Made by a program: the position numbers and the translations under genes | Source: Paraspadella gotoi | Taxonomy: Eukaryota > Animalia > Chaetognatha | DNA: 64,000 nt | Direction of reading: 5' to 3' | Assembly: GCA_051294375.1 (NCBI GenBank) | Contig: CM119269.1 | Span: 23,045,497-23,109,496 of the forward strand | Notes under the pieces: model-generated | Told to the model about the DNA's origin: nothing | Database searches by the model: none | The model's input: only the letters and a program-made list of their open reading frames with translations | Part shown: positions 63,894 to 64,000 of the stretch, in pieces | Layout: every line of letters starts with the position of its first letter | Position numbering within the stretch: position 1 is the first letter of the stretch

Positions 63894-64000
63894 GTAGAAA
63901 ATGGCGAGATTTAAATTTGGCAGATTTAGAAGTTGATTTTTGGCGTTATTGCACATTAACCGACTTGAAACTTTTTTATGAACGATAAATTTCATTTAAT

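Overview
AT-rich animal (metazoan) genomic DNA from a draft assembly, full of (AG)n, (GAC)n and (TTTTC)n microsatellites and N-gaps. Almost all ORF-track entries are translations of simple repeats. Supported genes are the last two coding exons of a netrin (NTR/C345C domain, 285-812), a tRNA cluster at 34.2-36.4 kb (Trp-CCA, Ala-AGC, Thr-AGT, a partial second Trp and two decayed tRNAs), and a multi-exon signal-peptide proteoglycan gene (55919 to at least 63893). The proteoglycan has acidic Ser-Gly sites, an ShKT domain and a syndecan-like FDRTE motif. A weaker 4-exon minus-strand gene with an in-frame TGA lies at 29.3-30.6 kb. About 4.6-24.6 kb consists of direct and inverted re-copies with indel noise beside 25-N gaps, probably gap-filling artefacts that capture two haplotypes. 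The most notable element is a complete ~700-bp miniature LTR retrotransposon (TRIM, 8142-8838). Its TG..CA LTRs carry a tRNA-like Pol III promoter, its PBS matches a tRNA-Trp in this same window, and it has a PPT. The empty allele and a solo LTR with a 4-bp TSD are also present in the window.
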